From assembly GCA_903851045.1 (NCBI GenBank), contig CAINNF010000017.1:34353-98352 (forward strand): a DNA stretch of 64,000 bases. The letters run 5' to 3'. The translations under genes and the position numbers were made by a program. Of the stretch, positions 28,401 through 36,826 are shown piece by piece. The notes beneath the pieces are model-generated. The model was not told where the DNA came from. It did not search any database and saw nothing but the letters and a program-made list of their open reading frames with translations. How positions within the stretch are numbered: the stretch's first letter is position 1; every line of letters begins with the position of its first letter. The stretch is from Candidatus Adlerbacteria bacterium (GTDB lineage: Bacteria; Patescibacteriota; Minisyncoccia; Phycocordibacterales; SBAW01).

Positions 28401-29301
28401 GCTCGGTGAGGCGGTCGGTACGGTCGCCGCACAGGCTATCGGCGAGCCGGGTACCCAGCTCACGATGAACATCAAACACGCCGGCGGTGCGGCATCCGCA
28501 GCCGGTGACGTGACCCAGGGTCTCCCGCGCGTCGAAGAAATCTTCGAGCGCCGCTCTCCGCGCAACCCAGCGGTCGTTTCGACCATCTCGGGTGAGGTTG
28601 TCGAGATCCGCTCGACCGACAAGGAGAAGGTCATCTGCATCGCACCGGACCTAGAGCATCGTGGTAAAGGCAAGAAGGACGTCTTCGAGTTCGAATGCCA
28701 CCTGCGCCGCTTGCCGCTCGTGAAGGTGGGGGAGAAGGTCACGAAGGGTCAGATCATCACCGATGGTTCTGCCGACCTCGCCGACCTCTTCGCCTACGCC
28801 GGTAAGGAAACGACACAGGAATACATCATCACCGAGGTCCTCAAGATCTATGAGCTCCAGGGAGCAAGTATCTCCATCAAGCACCTCGAAACGATCATCC
28901 GCCAGATGTTCTCGCGCGTGAAGATCGTGAAGTCGGGCGACACGGAGTACTCCAAGGGTGATGTCGTCGCCGAGGCTGACATGACCTATGCCAACAATGC
29001 GGCAGAGGCTGCAGGCGGCGAGAAGGCGACCACCGAGCCGCTCGTCATGGGCATCCTCGATGTCTCACTCTCACGCCCGAGCTTCCTTTCGGCAGCATCC
29101 TTCCAGAACACGACACGCATGCTCATCCGTGCCTCGATGTACGGCTCGGTCGACAAGCTCGAAGGTCTCAAAGAGAACGTCATCATCGGCCGCCTCATCC
29201 CAGCCGGCACCGGCTTCAAGGGTTCACCAAAAGAAAAGTTGGTCAACCGCTACGCCCCCGTCGACCATGCGGACGTGGTGACGGAGAAGGAGACGGTCTA
29301 G
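22459..29301 (+). CDS. rpoBC: fused DNA-directed RNA polymerase beta/beta' subunit
   Basis: One 2280-aa ORF. Beta motifs: GDKLAGRHGNKG, GGQRFGEMEVWAL. Beta' motifs: CYCGKY...CEKCG, NADFDGD, AAQAIGEPGTQLT, LKENVIIGRLIPAGTG. Confidence 0.97.
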   Translation: MREKKYFSRFRAPRVETPNLVEAQVESYKELLKGGVKDIFKEFTPIKDYSGKKFDLEFVKIELGEPKFDEHYAKEQKMTLDMPLRGIVRLRNKTTGSEKEQEIFLADFPVMTDHGTFIINGVERVIVPQLARSYGVFFTAEEVKGKRHFGAKLIPARGAWIELEAESDGGLAVRIDRKRKFPALSLLRVFGATSDEDLKKLFADSEHGLRWIEDALSKDVTKSVDDAYVEIHKRLRDGDLATVANAREYINSIFSEDRYDLSRVGRFRFNQRFDLSLEEADLARKTLSLADLVIVFKHILELENDPDAVEDNIDHLGSRRVRYVGEMLQQRLRVGLTHMKRNIQDRMSTIDTDASMPQQFVNPRPLQARIKEFFTTNQLSQFMQQENALTELEHLRTLSALGPGGLTRERAGFEVRDVHPSHYGRLCPIHTPEGPNIGLILRLSTFARVNAFGMIETPYVKVENGHITKEIVYLNAAEEEKRSIAHGAVKVVNEKFVDEFVDARLNSVPTRVAAKDVELMDVTPEQPFSVATSMIPFLEHDDANRSLMGSNMQKQATPCILPEAPLVGTGMEERAAKDTGRLIIAKEDGMVVQADGKHIIVRNQKGKDTEYPLINFVRTNGFTALHQRPSISVGTAVKKGDLLGDTSSTDGGQLALGQNCLVAFMCWSGANYEDAIIISERMVKDSKFSSIHIEEFVCNVRDTKLGAEETTHDIPNVSETKLRNLDEDGVVRVGSEVRPGDILVGKITPKGETQLTPEERLLRSIFGDKARDVKDSSLRMENGKRGRIIGVKVFSREAGHQLESGIIKRIHIEVAQLRKVSVGDKLAGRHGNKGVISRILPEEDMPYTADGRPVDVILTPLGVPSRMNLGQILELHLGLAANTLNYQAICPPFAGATEVEIREELKKAGFNESGKMQLFDGRTGEAFEQDISVGYMYILKLHHMVEDKIHMRSIGPYSLITQQPLGGKAQGGGQRFGEMEVWALLGYGASYTLREMLTIKSDDISGRSAAFDSIVRGERINHHYAPASFNVLLHTLRGLALDVELMRGGSAVTNARKTPGAEASDFDSVRIRPASPERILEWSHGEVTKPETINYRTQRPEKNSLFDEKIFGPERDYECYCGKYRGIRYKGIVCEKCGVEITRSIVRRERMGHVDLAVPVAHVWFLRAIPSRLAMVLGISGGDLEKVVYFAGYIVNQVHREEKERIIGELEAEYKSKMKNLQDEKSKDKMKDLFLDAKRDIDSIVIGAVLDEPRYHRYVIKYGAMFEAGIGAEALYNLCKNLDVKQMIADTVTALEKAGAAEREKLGKRLSILRGMAKSNIRPEWMFLTRIPIIPPGLRPMVALDGGRHATSDINDLYRRVINRNNRLKKLIEIHAPDVILRNEKRILQEAVDTLIDNSIRHGGAAFSATTQARTRPLKSLSDNLKGKHGLFRQNLLGKRVDYSGRSVIVVGPELRLNQCGLPKHMALELFRPFVIGKLLEKELAYNIRGAGRLIDEGVPEVWAILEDVIRDKYVLLNRAPTLHRLGIQAFQPILIEGNAIQLHPLVCSAFNADFDGDQMAVHVPLSPEAQAEAREIMSATKNILKPGNGEPVIASKLLDILLGTYWMTKEVKGAKGEGLAFSSPNAAILAYDHGRVGFQAKIRVMPSEKEKYAAFGNQLFETTAGRLLFNTVFPNDYPFVNTAIDKKGLAKLVDNLIDRYGLEKIPDTMDKIKNFGFRYVTQSGITWSLDDIRVPAEKDGIIIEAQRKSHEVVEHWEQGLLSEEERYRMNIEIWHDAKSQVEKCIPATLPIDGSVSDMIKSGARGSIGQVTQMAGMKGLISSPSGDTIELPVTKSMKEGLSPLEYFLTTHGSRSGLASTALSTAKAGYLTRRLFDVAQDIVVSSDECGTKEGLTIHRVSASGIGTFLAKNIEGRYLAEDVMHDGKLIYKKGQFLLGPDARHIEELGVQSVYVRSPVGCKSHRGICGHCYGADLSTGKPVALGEAVGTVAAQAIGEPGTQLTMNIKHAGGAASAAGDVTQGLPRVEEIFERRSPRNPAVVSTISGEVVEIRSTDKEKVICIAPDLEHRGKGKKDVFEFECHLRRLPLVKVGEKVTKGQIITDGSADLADLFAYAGKETTQEYIITEVLKIYELQGASISIKHLETIIRQMFSRVKIVKSGDTEYSKGDVVAEADMTYANNAAEAAGGEKATTEPLVMGILDVSLSRPSFLSAASFQNTTRMLIRASMYGSVDKLEGLKENVIIGRLIPAGTGFKGSPKEKLVNRYAPVDHADVVTEKETV

Positions 29302-29331
29302 TCGTTCGAAAAATTAGAACATAAAAAGTCA

Positions 29332-29366
29332 GCGGCCCGACAGGATGATTCCTGCCGGGCCGTTTG
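29332..29366. terminator. hairpin terminator between convergent genes
   Basis: GCGGCCCGACAGGA...TCCTGCCGGGCCGT. Confidence 0.65.
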
Positions 29367-29369
29367 GCG

Positions 29370-29735
29370 TTAGTGTGAATCAGTGGGGTGGGGTAGCAAG
29401 AATATTTGTTCGACACGACCCGTTATTCTCCGTCTCCCATCTTCATTGTCCATTATGATTATTTTGCCAACTTGGACAAAATATATTTTCCAAATCCCTT
29501 GGTATCCTGCCGTCATGCCACCACTTGTTATGCATTGATACATCCGAGCCACGAATCCGTCTTTGGCGGCACCTATCACCTCAAAAAAGTACGCATTCCC
29601 CGACCTCGTGTGAATGCGCACCACTGTCTTGGGACTCAATGTCTCTAAGTTGAGGTCTTTGACGACCGCTGTGCCGTAGTGGCACAACAGTCGGAGCACT
29701 TCTTCGGTTCCGACTTGCGAAAGGTCTTTCTGCAA
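29370..29735 (-). CDS. hypothetical protein
   Basis: AGGAGG SD; minus-strand TTGACA (29811-29806) and TAGACT (29787-29782) upstream. Confidence 0.6.
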   Translation of the reverse strand: MQKDLSQVGTEEVLRLLCHYGTAVVKDLNLETLSPKTVVRIHTRSGNAYFFEVIGAAKDGFVARMYQCITSGGMTAGYQGIWKIYFVQVGKIIIMDNEDGRRRITGRVEQIFLLPHPTDSH

Positions 29736-29835
29736 AGTACTTCCTCCTGCCCCCTATGGGTGATTGTACTACTCGATGGATAGTCTAAACCCAAGTAGTA
29801 TATATTGTCAACACCCAAAGATACGATACTGGCTA

Positions 29836-29876
29836 CAAAAGAAAGTGGGCGCAGGTTCCGGCTGGAACCTGCGCCC
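29836..29876 (-). terminator. intrinsic terminator of the micropeptide operon
   Basis: 13-bp stem GGGCGCAGGTTCC/GGAACCTGCGCCC followed on the minus strand by ACTTTCTTTT. Confidence 0.8.
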
Positions 29877-29890
29877 TTGTACATACCATG

Positions 29891-30040
29891 CTACGGTGTG
29901 TAGGTGAAGTAGAGGAAGAAAAGCACACCGGCGATGATGAGCGACGCGCCGGGATTGCCGCCCATCGACGCGGAGATGCCTCCGACGACAAGCGCCCCGC
30001 TTCCGGCCATACCCAGGTGTCGTACTTCGATAAGTTTCAC
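29891..30040 (-). CDS. 49-aa membrane micropeptide (not in ORF track)
   Basis: AAGGGAGG SD, GTG start: MKLIEVRHLGMAGSGALVVGGISASMGGNPGASLIIAGVLFFLYFTYTP. Confidence 0.6.
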   Translation of the reverse strand: MKLIEVRHLGMAGSGALVVGGISASMGGNPGASLIIAGVLFFLYFTYTP

Positions 30041-30060
30041 ACAACCCTCCCTTTGTTACA

Positions 30061-30144
30061 TCAGTCGCTACTGGATAGGGCGACATACCCCACCACCACG
30101 ACATAGACCAGTACCGGTACTGCGATTTGCCAGGGAATCGTCAT
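30061..30144 (-). CDS. 27-aa membrane micropeptide (not in ORF track)
   Basis: CAGGTGG SD: MTIPWQIAVPVLVYVVVVGYVALSSSD. Confidence 0.5.
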   Translation of the reverse strand: MTIPWQIAVPVLVYVVVVGYVALSSSD

Positions 30145-30162
30145 TATAGGCCACCTGTTTCC

Positions 30163-30282
30163 TTAAAAGCGAAGCATCGAGACGATGTCTCGTGCATCTT
30201 CTTGAAGAATCGTAAAGTACTCCAGTCTGCTCAGTATGCCGAGAGCGAAACACGCTGCCGAAAGAGCAAGCAGTATATCCAT
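30163..30282 (-). CDS. 39-aa membrane micropeptide
   Basis: GGAGG SD: MDILLALSAACFALGILSRLEYFTILQEDARDIVSMLRF. Confidence 0.55.
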   Translation of the reverse strand: MDILLALSAACFALGILSRLEYFTILQEDARDIVSMLRF

Positions 30283-30381
30283 TGCAGCCTCCAGTGATGC
30301 CGTCAACAATCTACTACTAAACGAGTATTGTGGCAACCCCTCTGCAAGGATGCCGAAACCGACTAGAATAGAGGGGCTGTT

Positions 30382-32016
30382 ATGAGCGACCAGATACAAG
30401 AAATTAAGGACCGGCTGAGCATCGTTGATGTGGTTGGGCAGTATGTACAGCTCAAGCGAGCGGGGAGGACGATGACGGCTCGGTGCCCCTTTCATAAAGA
30501 GCGGACGCCGTCGTTCCATGTGTCGCCTGAGCGGGGTACCTACATCTGTTTTGGGTGTGGCGAAAAGGGTGATATCTTCTCGTTCGTCGAGCGTATCGAA
30601 GGGGTGGATTTTAAGACGGCACTGGAGGAGTTGGCGGCGAAGGCGGGGATCAAACTGGAGCGTCGTCATGGTCAGGAGGCGGAGCATAAAGAGAAGGACG
30701 AGAAGCTGCGCGAAGTGTGTGAAGCGGCGACGCAGTACTACGAAGCACAGCTCGCGAAGCGGCCGGATGTGTTGGAGTATCTGAAGAAGCGTGCGGTCAC
30801 CGACGAGACCATCAAACACTGGCGCATCGGCTACGCGCCTGCGCACTGGCAAGACGTGAGCGATCATCTAGTATCGCTGAAGTTCTCCAAAGACGACATT
30901 GCGGACGCGGGACTCGCGGCGAAGTCAGAGCGCAAGCCGGGCGAGATATATGACCGCTTTCGCGGTCGTATCATGTTCCCGATCAGTGATGCGCAGGGGA
31001 GAGTTATCGCGTTCTCGGGGAGATTTTTTGAGGATGTGGTGAGCGAAGCCCGCAAAGCTCCTTCGGAGCCGCGGGCCGAGCCCGCGAAATATGTGAACAG
31101 TCCCGAGACGTTGCTTTTTAAAAAGTCGCGAGTCATGTACGGGTTCGACAAGGCGAAGAATGCGATCCGCAAAGCTGACTGCGTGCTGCTCGTCGAGGGT
31201 CAGTTCGACCTTATCATGTCTCACCAGTCAGGACTGCCGTTCGCGGTCGCAATTTCAGGCACGGCGCTGACCCCTGAACACCTGTCACTTTTGGGGCGAC
31301 TGACAAAACGCCTTATTTTGGCGCTCGATGCGGACGATGCGGGTGTGCGTTCGGGGCTCAGGAGCGCTCAGATGGCGCTCCAGGTTGGGTTCGATGTAAA
31401 GGTGCCAACCTTCCCACACGGTAAGGATCCGGCTGATGTCGCGAAAGAAGACCCCGAGGCGCTCAAACAAGCGATCCGGGCATCGAAGACTTCGGTCGAG
31501 TTCTTTCTCGAGGCACTGCGCTCGGGTATCAAAGATGAACGTGCGTACAAAAAGGTGGTCGAAGCGCAGATACTGCCGCTTATCGCCGCGATGCCGAGCA
31601 AGATCGAGCAAGAACACTTCATCCGTATCGTCGCAGGCAAGATCTCCGTCTCGGAACTTGCGGTGCGCGAAGAGGTAGCGAAACGAAAGGTGTTGCCGCT
31701 GGAGATGGAGGATGTTGGCACGGTATCTCCGGCCAAAGAGAGCGCACCGACCGAGCTCGACCCCATAGAGAAGAAGGCAGCCATGCTCCTCTTCACCTTT
31801 GCACCCGATTCTCCCCAGGCAGTTAAGTTGGTAACCTTGCTGGGTGAAGAAAAGATCAACACCTTACGCGATCGCCTCCAGGCCGAGGCCGAGGTGTGGC
31901 GATTCAAGTTCGAAGCGGAGCTCGCTGAACATTCACCTGATGTGATCGCAGAGGACATGCTCGCAGATATCGAACGGACCGTGACACGGCAGCGGTTGAA
32001 GATGCGGTTTCGATAA
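30382..32016 (+). CDS. dnaG: DNA primase
   Basis: CPFHKERTPSF...CFGC zinc finger, DRFRGRIMFPI, KYVNSPET and TOPRIM motifs VEGQFD and DADDAG. Confidence 0.98.
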   Translation: MSDQIQEIKDRLSIVDVVGQYVQLKRAGRTMTARCPFHKERTPSFHVSPERGTYICFGCGEKGDIFSFVERIEGVDFKTALEELAAKAGIKLERRHGQEAEHKEKDEKLREVCEAATQYYEAQLAKRPDVLEYLKKRAVTDETIKHWRIGYAPAHWQDVSDHLVSLKFSKDDIADAGLAAKSERKPGEIYDRFRGRIMFPISDAQGRVIAFSGRFFEDVVSEARKAPSEPRAEPAKYVNSPETLLFKKSRVMYGFDKAKNAIRKADCVLLVEGQFDLIMSHQSGLPFAVAISGTALTPEHLSLLGRLTKRLILALDADDAGVRSGLRSAQMALQVGFDVKVPTFPHGKDPADVAKEDPEALKQAIRASKTSVEFFLEALRSGIKDERAYKKVVEAQILPLIAAMPSKIEQEHFIRIVAGKISVSELAVREEVAKRKVLPLEMEDVGTVSPAKESAPTELDPIEKKAAMLLFTFAPDSPQAVKLVTLLGEEKINTLRDRLQAEAEVWRFKFEAELAEHSPDVIAEDMLADIERTVTRQRLKMRFR

Positions 32017-32090
32017 CCGTCATCGGACAGATGTATTGTTCGACCACATCATTTTGCAAACGCGGTATGGACGAGAGATAATTGGGTAGC

Positions 32091-32708
32091 ATGAAGCATT
32101 TCCGCATACTGCCGTCCCGGTACTCTTTTCGTTTGGTCACGAAAAAAGATTTCCCACGTTCATCCACCGTTCAACCTCGTGCCGCGCCACTGTCCGAAGT
32201 GGTCGTCGAAGCAAACGGCACCGAGGTTGATGTAAGTAAACGAATGTTCCTTAAGCTCGCGGGTCTCGCGGGTCTTGGTGTCGTGGCATCGCAGATGCTC
32301 CCCGGCAAAGCGAGTGCGTATGTGATGGGTAGCACACCAACATCTCCAGTCGTCGGACTAAAGGATTCGACGAACACGAGGATAGACCCTGCGACCGCTG
32401 CGGGTCTTGGGGTGAGTAAGGTGTCGACGTCGCTCTCGTCGTCGGGAGTCGTATATACGCCCACATCCGGCAAAAAGATACACGTGTATGCGTGCCGTTT
32501 TTCGCTGACCGCCGATGCAACCTCGGTGTCGTTTCGATTCACCTCCGGTGGGACCGATTATGAGATGTATGTGTCACCGAAGGCGGGCGGTCTCTATGGA
32601 GCGAACAACCACCCGAACTATATTGAGGGTGGGGCGAACCAAGCGCTGTACTGTGTGATATCGGGGACGACTACGGTGCAAATTAACATTGACTACCTTG
32701 AGGCATAG
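32091..32708 (+). CDS. putative Tat-exported protein (KR-variant twin-arginine signal)
   Basis: SKRMFLK, h-region LAGLAGLGVVAS and ASA cleavage site, followed by a small beta-rich domain. Confidence 0.65.
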   Translation: MKHFRILPSRYSFRLVTKKDFPRSSTVQPRAAPLSEVVVEANGTEVDVSKRMFLKLAGLAGLGVVASQMLPGKASAYVMGSTPTSPVVGLKDSTNTRIDPATAAGLGVSKVSTSLSSSGVVYTPTSGKKIHVYACRFSLTADATSVSFRFTSGGTDYEMYVSPKAGGLYGANNHPNYIEGGANQALYCVISGTTTVQINIDYLEA

Positions 32709-32736
32709 TCATGTATAATCAAAGATAATATCCATT

Positions 32737-35700
32737 ATGGCCAGACGAGTAGTAGAAGAAATATTTACCGGTGCGACGGTGCCGTACACATCGTATGACT
32801 CCACGAAGATAGTCACCGGGGATCTTATCGAGCAGTACATCGGCGCGAATCCGTCCGACAAATATATTGGTCCAACTCGTGTTGGGCGTGATTCGACGGG
32901 GACCATCTATGGCATGGGTCGTCCGTTCGAGGCGACCGCCGGTGTAGCGGGCGTATTTCCCCATGTTGTCCGTTGGGCGAATAAGTCTGGATACTATACG
33001 ACCGGTACGGTCGCTGTCTCTGGTACGAGCGTCACTGGTAGCAGCACGGCATGGCTCACCAATGGCGTGCCCATCGGTGCGACCATCGGCTTTGGCACCA
33101 CCGACCCGACGCAGGTGACCACCTGGTATACCATCAACGCTATTACGTCGGATACAGCGATTACGATAGGCACTTCGGCCGGTACTATCGCGGGCGGTAC
33201 ATCCTTCGTTATCAACAAGACCTTGCAGACCGACTGGGTATTTTTGGGAGACGGTTCTGCGGCTGCGGCAACCCGCAAGATACAGCTCTATGAGTTCAAC
33301 CGAAGCACCTCTGCTTTTACTGCAAAAGGATATGCGACACTTAACTACCCCTATGCCGGCACACAGGGCACCTATGTGCTGCACGGCCTTAAGGTGTCCT
33401 ATCAACCCTATACCACGGGTACTGTCCAATCCGGCGGCATGACGCCCAATGGTGCCTATTACAGCACTGGCACCGTTGCTGTCACGACTACGGCTGTGAC
33501 AGGCACTGGTACTACGTTCACTGCCGCTATGCAGGGTATGATGATCGGGTTTGGCTCGACCAACCCAGATTCCATCGCTACGTGGTACTACATCCAGACG
33601 TTTGGTTCGACCACAGCCCTCACACTTGCGACTTCAATTGGTGCAACTGCGATACCTGCAAGTACGCCCTATGTCATAGCGACCATATACAATGTCGGTA
33701 CCGTTGCGGTATCGGGTACGGGCGTCACGGGTACCGGCACCACCTTCTCCAACACCGGTATCTACAATGTGGCAGGTATGGCCATCGGCTTTGGCTCTGT
33801 GAACCCCGGCCAGATTACCACGTGGTATACCATCCAAACATGGGGCTCGAGCACGTCACTCACACTCTCAACATCAGCAGGGAGTCTCGGCTCTGGTCTC
33901 TCATATGTAATTGTTATCATGGCAGGTACGGCGTCGGTGTCGGGCAACGCGGTCACTGGTGTTGGTTCAAGCTTCTCGACCACGACCCAGGCGGGTATGC
34001 TCATTGGTTTTGGCTCGGTCAACCCCGCTTCGATAAGTAATTGGTATGTGATTAGTGCGGTCGGATCGACGACCGCGATGACTCTGGTGACCAGTCCGGG
34101 CACGGTCGGAGCCGGTCCATATGTCATCGTTATCGGTTCGATCGTTGGTTCGGGGACTTTGTGGTCCACGAGTAGAATCGCGGTCGGTTCGCGCATAGGC
34201 TTTGGTTCGACCGACCCAACACAGATATCCACCTGGTACTACGTCAACGCTATCGACAGCGATACTATCATGAATATCCAAGCGTCCGCGACAGCGACCG
34301 GTGTCGGAGGCGCCATGGTCGCGCTCTCGCTCGCCGCGAGTACGCCGTATGTGATAGAAGATCTTAAGATAGTCACCACTGCCACGAACGGCACCACTGC
34401 CACGAACGGTGGGCTATTCGTCGCCATGGGCCTTTCCTATGGCGATTTTGTGAACAGCGGCACCACTATCTCTGCCGCAACGATGATCGACAAGATAAAA
34501 GCGAACTACTGGCTCGGTGACGCAGCCACCTCGAACAACACCACCGCGTGCGCCTGTGTTATCGACGACTTCGTCTCGTGGACGACGCAGTACCGCTACG
34601 TCATCGACGGTGCCGGCGGTACCAGCGCAAGAGTCTACAAATATAATATTCGCAGCGGTCTATCCATACCCACCAGTGGTACCAACGGTAAGGACATCAC
34701 GGCGTTCATGTTCAGCACGTTGGCCCAAACGACGGCCAACAACCTACCTGCTATCGCTGCCAACAACAGTGTCGCATGCATCGCCACGCTCAACCATGGC
34801 CCTGGCGCAGGTGTGAAATGTCTCTATTTCATGAGTATTGCAAAGATACATCGTGCCAGAATTAGCGACATTACCACCAACGCATCGACCTGGTGGACAG
34901 ACTCCATGGTCGAAATACCGACTGGCGGTGCGGCAACCTACACCGCCTCGAGCGTGCTCAACCAAATTGCCGTGGACACCCAGATAGATCGCCTCGTCAT
35001 CACCACCAGCGGTGCCGCCACGTCGCCCGCCTCGAACCGCGCGTATGTCACCCAGTACAATGCGGTCAATAGTCCGATGGATCATATGTTCTTGGTCGAA
35101 TCCAGACAGCTCGACCAGTCATCCGAAGATGGCGCGGCTGCTCCGCACCCGAGCCTCATCGCCAGTACCTTCCTGTCGCTTTGGTCAGAAGGGGGGATAA
35201 CCTATATCGCTAAGACTGGCGCTGCTGCTACGATAAGTCAGATATATGCACTGCCTCTGGGTGCTGACTGGGCGTACGCGAACGGGACGGTCAACCAACG
35301 TCTGATAACCCCGGCGCTCGCCACCACGAATGCGGTCAAACTGGTGCGTGTGTATGTGAACAGTCAACCCTTTGCGGGGAGCGCGAACGTCTCGTCTCCA
35401 GGCAACCTGACGATTCCAAGCGAACCGTACCGACTACTCTATCGAACATCTGGTATCAGTGACAACTCGGGGACATGGACGGCGCTCACCGACTATACGG
35501 GGGATCTCTCGGGAGCGACCCCGGGGTCACAGATACAATTCGCGATCGAGTTTCGTACTATCGGCACGTTCTGTATTCCTAATAGAGTCTATAATCTCGC
35601 CTGTGTGTACGAAGATAATACGACCGACAGTCACTACCAACCGTCCGCTGGCCTCTCTTCGGTCACGACCAAGACGTTCGCATGGCGCTTTGCGACCGCG

Positions 35701-35955
35701 TGGGGCGGCACGGTGCCAACCTTGCGCGTGACACTTTTCGACGCGGTGAGCGGCGCACAGCTGTTCACCGACACGACCGCAGCATCACCCTTGCTCTGGC
35801 AAAAGACGACGAGCGGTGCCGGCGGATGGGGTGCGTATGACACGAACGATCTCACCGCATCTCCGGATGCGAAGTATAGCAATACATACATCAGCTACAC
35901 GCCGACGTCCCTTGGAGACAATATTAAGGTTCGCGCTCTGCTCACACAGGCATAA
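32737..35955 (+). CDS. large T/G/S-rich beta-repeat fibre or surface protein without a signal peptide
   Basis: 1072 aa; five modules of about 75 aa with TGTVAV.G..VTG.GT...IGFGS..P..I..WY.I...PYVI. Confidence 0.75.
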   Translation: MARRVVEEIFTGATVPYTSYDSTKIVTGDLIEQYIGANPSDKYIGPTRVGRDSTGTIYGMGRPFEATAGVAGVFPHVVRWANKSGYYTTGTVAVSGTSVTGSSTAWLTNGVPIGATIGFGTTDPTQVTTWYTINAITSDTAITIGTSAGTIAGGTSFVINKTLQTDWVFLGDGSAAAATRKIQLYEFNRSTSAFTAKGYATLNYPYAGTQGTYVLHGLKVSYQPYTTGTVQSGGMTPNGAYYSTGTVAVTTTAVTGTGTTFTAAMQGMMIGFGSTNPDSIATWYYIQTFGSTTALTLATSIGATAIPASTPYVIATIYNVGTVAVSGTGVTGTGTTFSNTGIYNVAGMAIGFGSVNPGQITTWYTIQTWGSSTSLTLSTSAGSLGSGLSYVIVIMAGTASVSGNAVTGVGSSFSTTTQAGMLIGFGSVNPASISNWYVISAVGSTTAMTLVTSPGTVGAGPYVIVIGSIVGSGTLWSTSRIAVGSRIGFGSTDPTQISTWYYVNAIDSDTIMNIQASATATGVGGAMVALSLAASTPYVIEDLKIVTTATNGTTATNGGLFVAMGLSYGDFVNSGTTISAATMIDKIKANYWLGDAATSNNTTACACVIDDFVSWTTQYRYVIDGAGGTSARVYKYNIRSGLSIPTSGTNGKDITAFMFSTLAQTTANNLPAIAANNSVACIATLNHGPGAGVKCLYFMSIAKIHRARISDITTNASTWWTDSMVEIPTGGAATYTASSVLNQIAVDTQIDRLVITTSGAATSPASNRAYVTQYNAVNSPMDHMFLVESRQLDQSSEDGAAAPHPSLIASTFLSLWSEGGITYIAKTGAAATISQIYALPLGADWAYANGTVNQRLITPALATTNAVKLVRVYVNSQPFAGSANVSSPGNLTIPSEPYRLLYRTSGISDNSGTWTALTDYTGDLSGATPGSQIQFAIEFRTIGTFCIPNRVYNLACVYEDNTTDSHYQPSAGLSSVTTKTFAWRFATAWGGTVPTLRVTLFDAVSGAQLFTDTTAASPLLWQKTTSGAGGWGAYDTNDLTASPDAKYSNTYISYTPTSLGDNIKVRALLTQA

Positions 35956-35963
35956 TCTCGCAT

Positions 35964-36626
35964 ATGAAAGTACGCATCTATCAAGACCAACCGGTACCTG
36001 ACAGCCCAGGCATCCTCGTGTTGTCACCGACGGGGGACTATGCCCCGTTCGATTTTATCGAGTGTTACCTTGCGGGTATGCCGGGGCAGTCGTACTGTGC
36101 GCATCAAGCGCAGTTCGTTAAGTTCGGTAGCATCGTATATCGAGAGGTAGAGTATATCAATCTGCTTAACCAGCTTGGGTTAGTGAACATCCAGCCAGAA
36201 ACGCTCCAGGATATGTTGTTGAAGGACCAATCGACCATCGTGATAGACAAGGATCCACAAGACATCGTCACACCGACGGCAGTATCGGCGGTCGTGGCGG
36301 ATGTGACGGTGACCGCACCTGCGAACCAATACTCCACCACGACGGACGAGATCATTCCTCCCACGACGACCACGACCGATACGGTTGCGAGCTCGACCCA
36401 AGCTGTTTCGCTGCCCATCGATACGAGTACCACTACTCCTGTGACTATTCCCGACGCCACCTCCACGCCACCTCTGGAAGGGTTTAGCACAACGACGGTG
36501 CCGATACTTGATGCAAGCACGACCACGTCAGCCGACCCGACTGCCGCGAGCACGACAGACACGACGGCGAGCACCTCGACCGCTGCGCAAGTTCCCGCAT
36601 CCGACTCACGATTAACCGCCTTCTGA
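35964..36626 (+). CDS. hypothetical protein with Thr-rich low-complexity tail
   Basis: 220-aa co-oriented ORF starting 8 nt after the fibre gene. Confidence 0.75.
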   Translation: MKVRIYQDQPVPDSPGILVLSPTGDYAPFDFIECYLAGMPGQSYCAHQAQFVKFGSIVYREVEYINLLNQLGLVNIQPETLQDMLLKDQSTIVIDKDPQDIVTPTAVSAVVADVTVTAPANQYSTTTDEIIPPTTTTTDTVASSTQAVSLPIDTSTTTPVTIPDATSTPPLEGFSTTTVPILDASTTTSADPTAASTTDTTASTSTAAQVPASDSRLTAF

Positions 36627-36634
36627 TTTTGCGT

Positions 36635-36820
36635 ATGGCTCTTACCGATATCGATTTTCAAAATGGTGAGGGTCAGGATTTTATCCTTGAGTTGCCGAGT
36701 GTGGTATATAGCGGCGTATTAACCGACATACTCATCGAGCCCAGCGGGAGTCAGTTTTTTGTGCTCGAGACGGCGAAGATAGTCAACTCGGGCAACAAGA
36801 TCTTTATCATGTCCGAATAA
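36635..36820 (+). CDS. small acidic hypothetical protein
   Basis: 61-aa ORF tightly packed between its neighbours. Confidence 0.6.
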   Translation: MALTDIDFQNGEGQDFILELPSVVYSGVLTDILIEPSGSQFFVLETAKIVNSGNKIFIMSE

Positions 36821-36826
36821 GTGTGT

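Noticed and set aside
32737-35955. Prophage interpretation of the tail-fibre-like gene
   Set aside because: No capsid, terminase, portal, integrase or att-like repeats are visible around the island.
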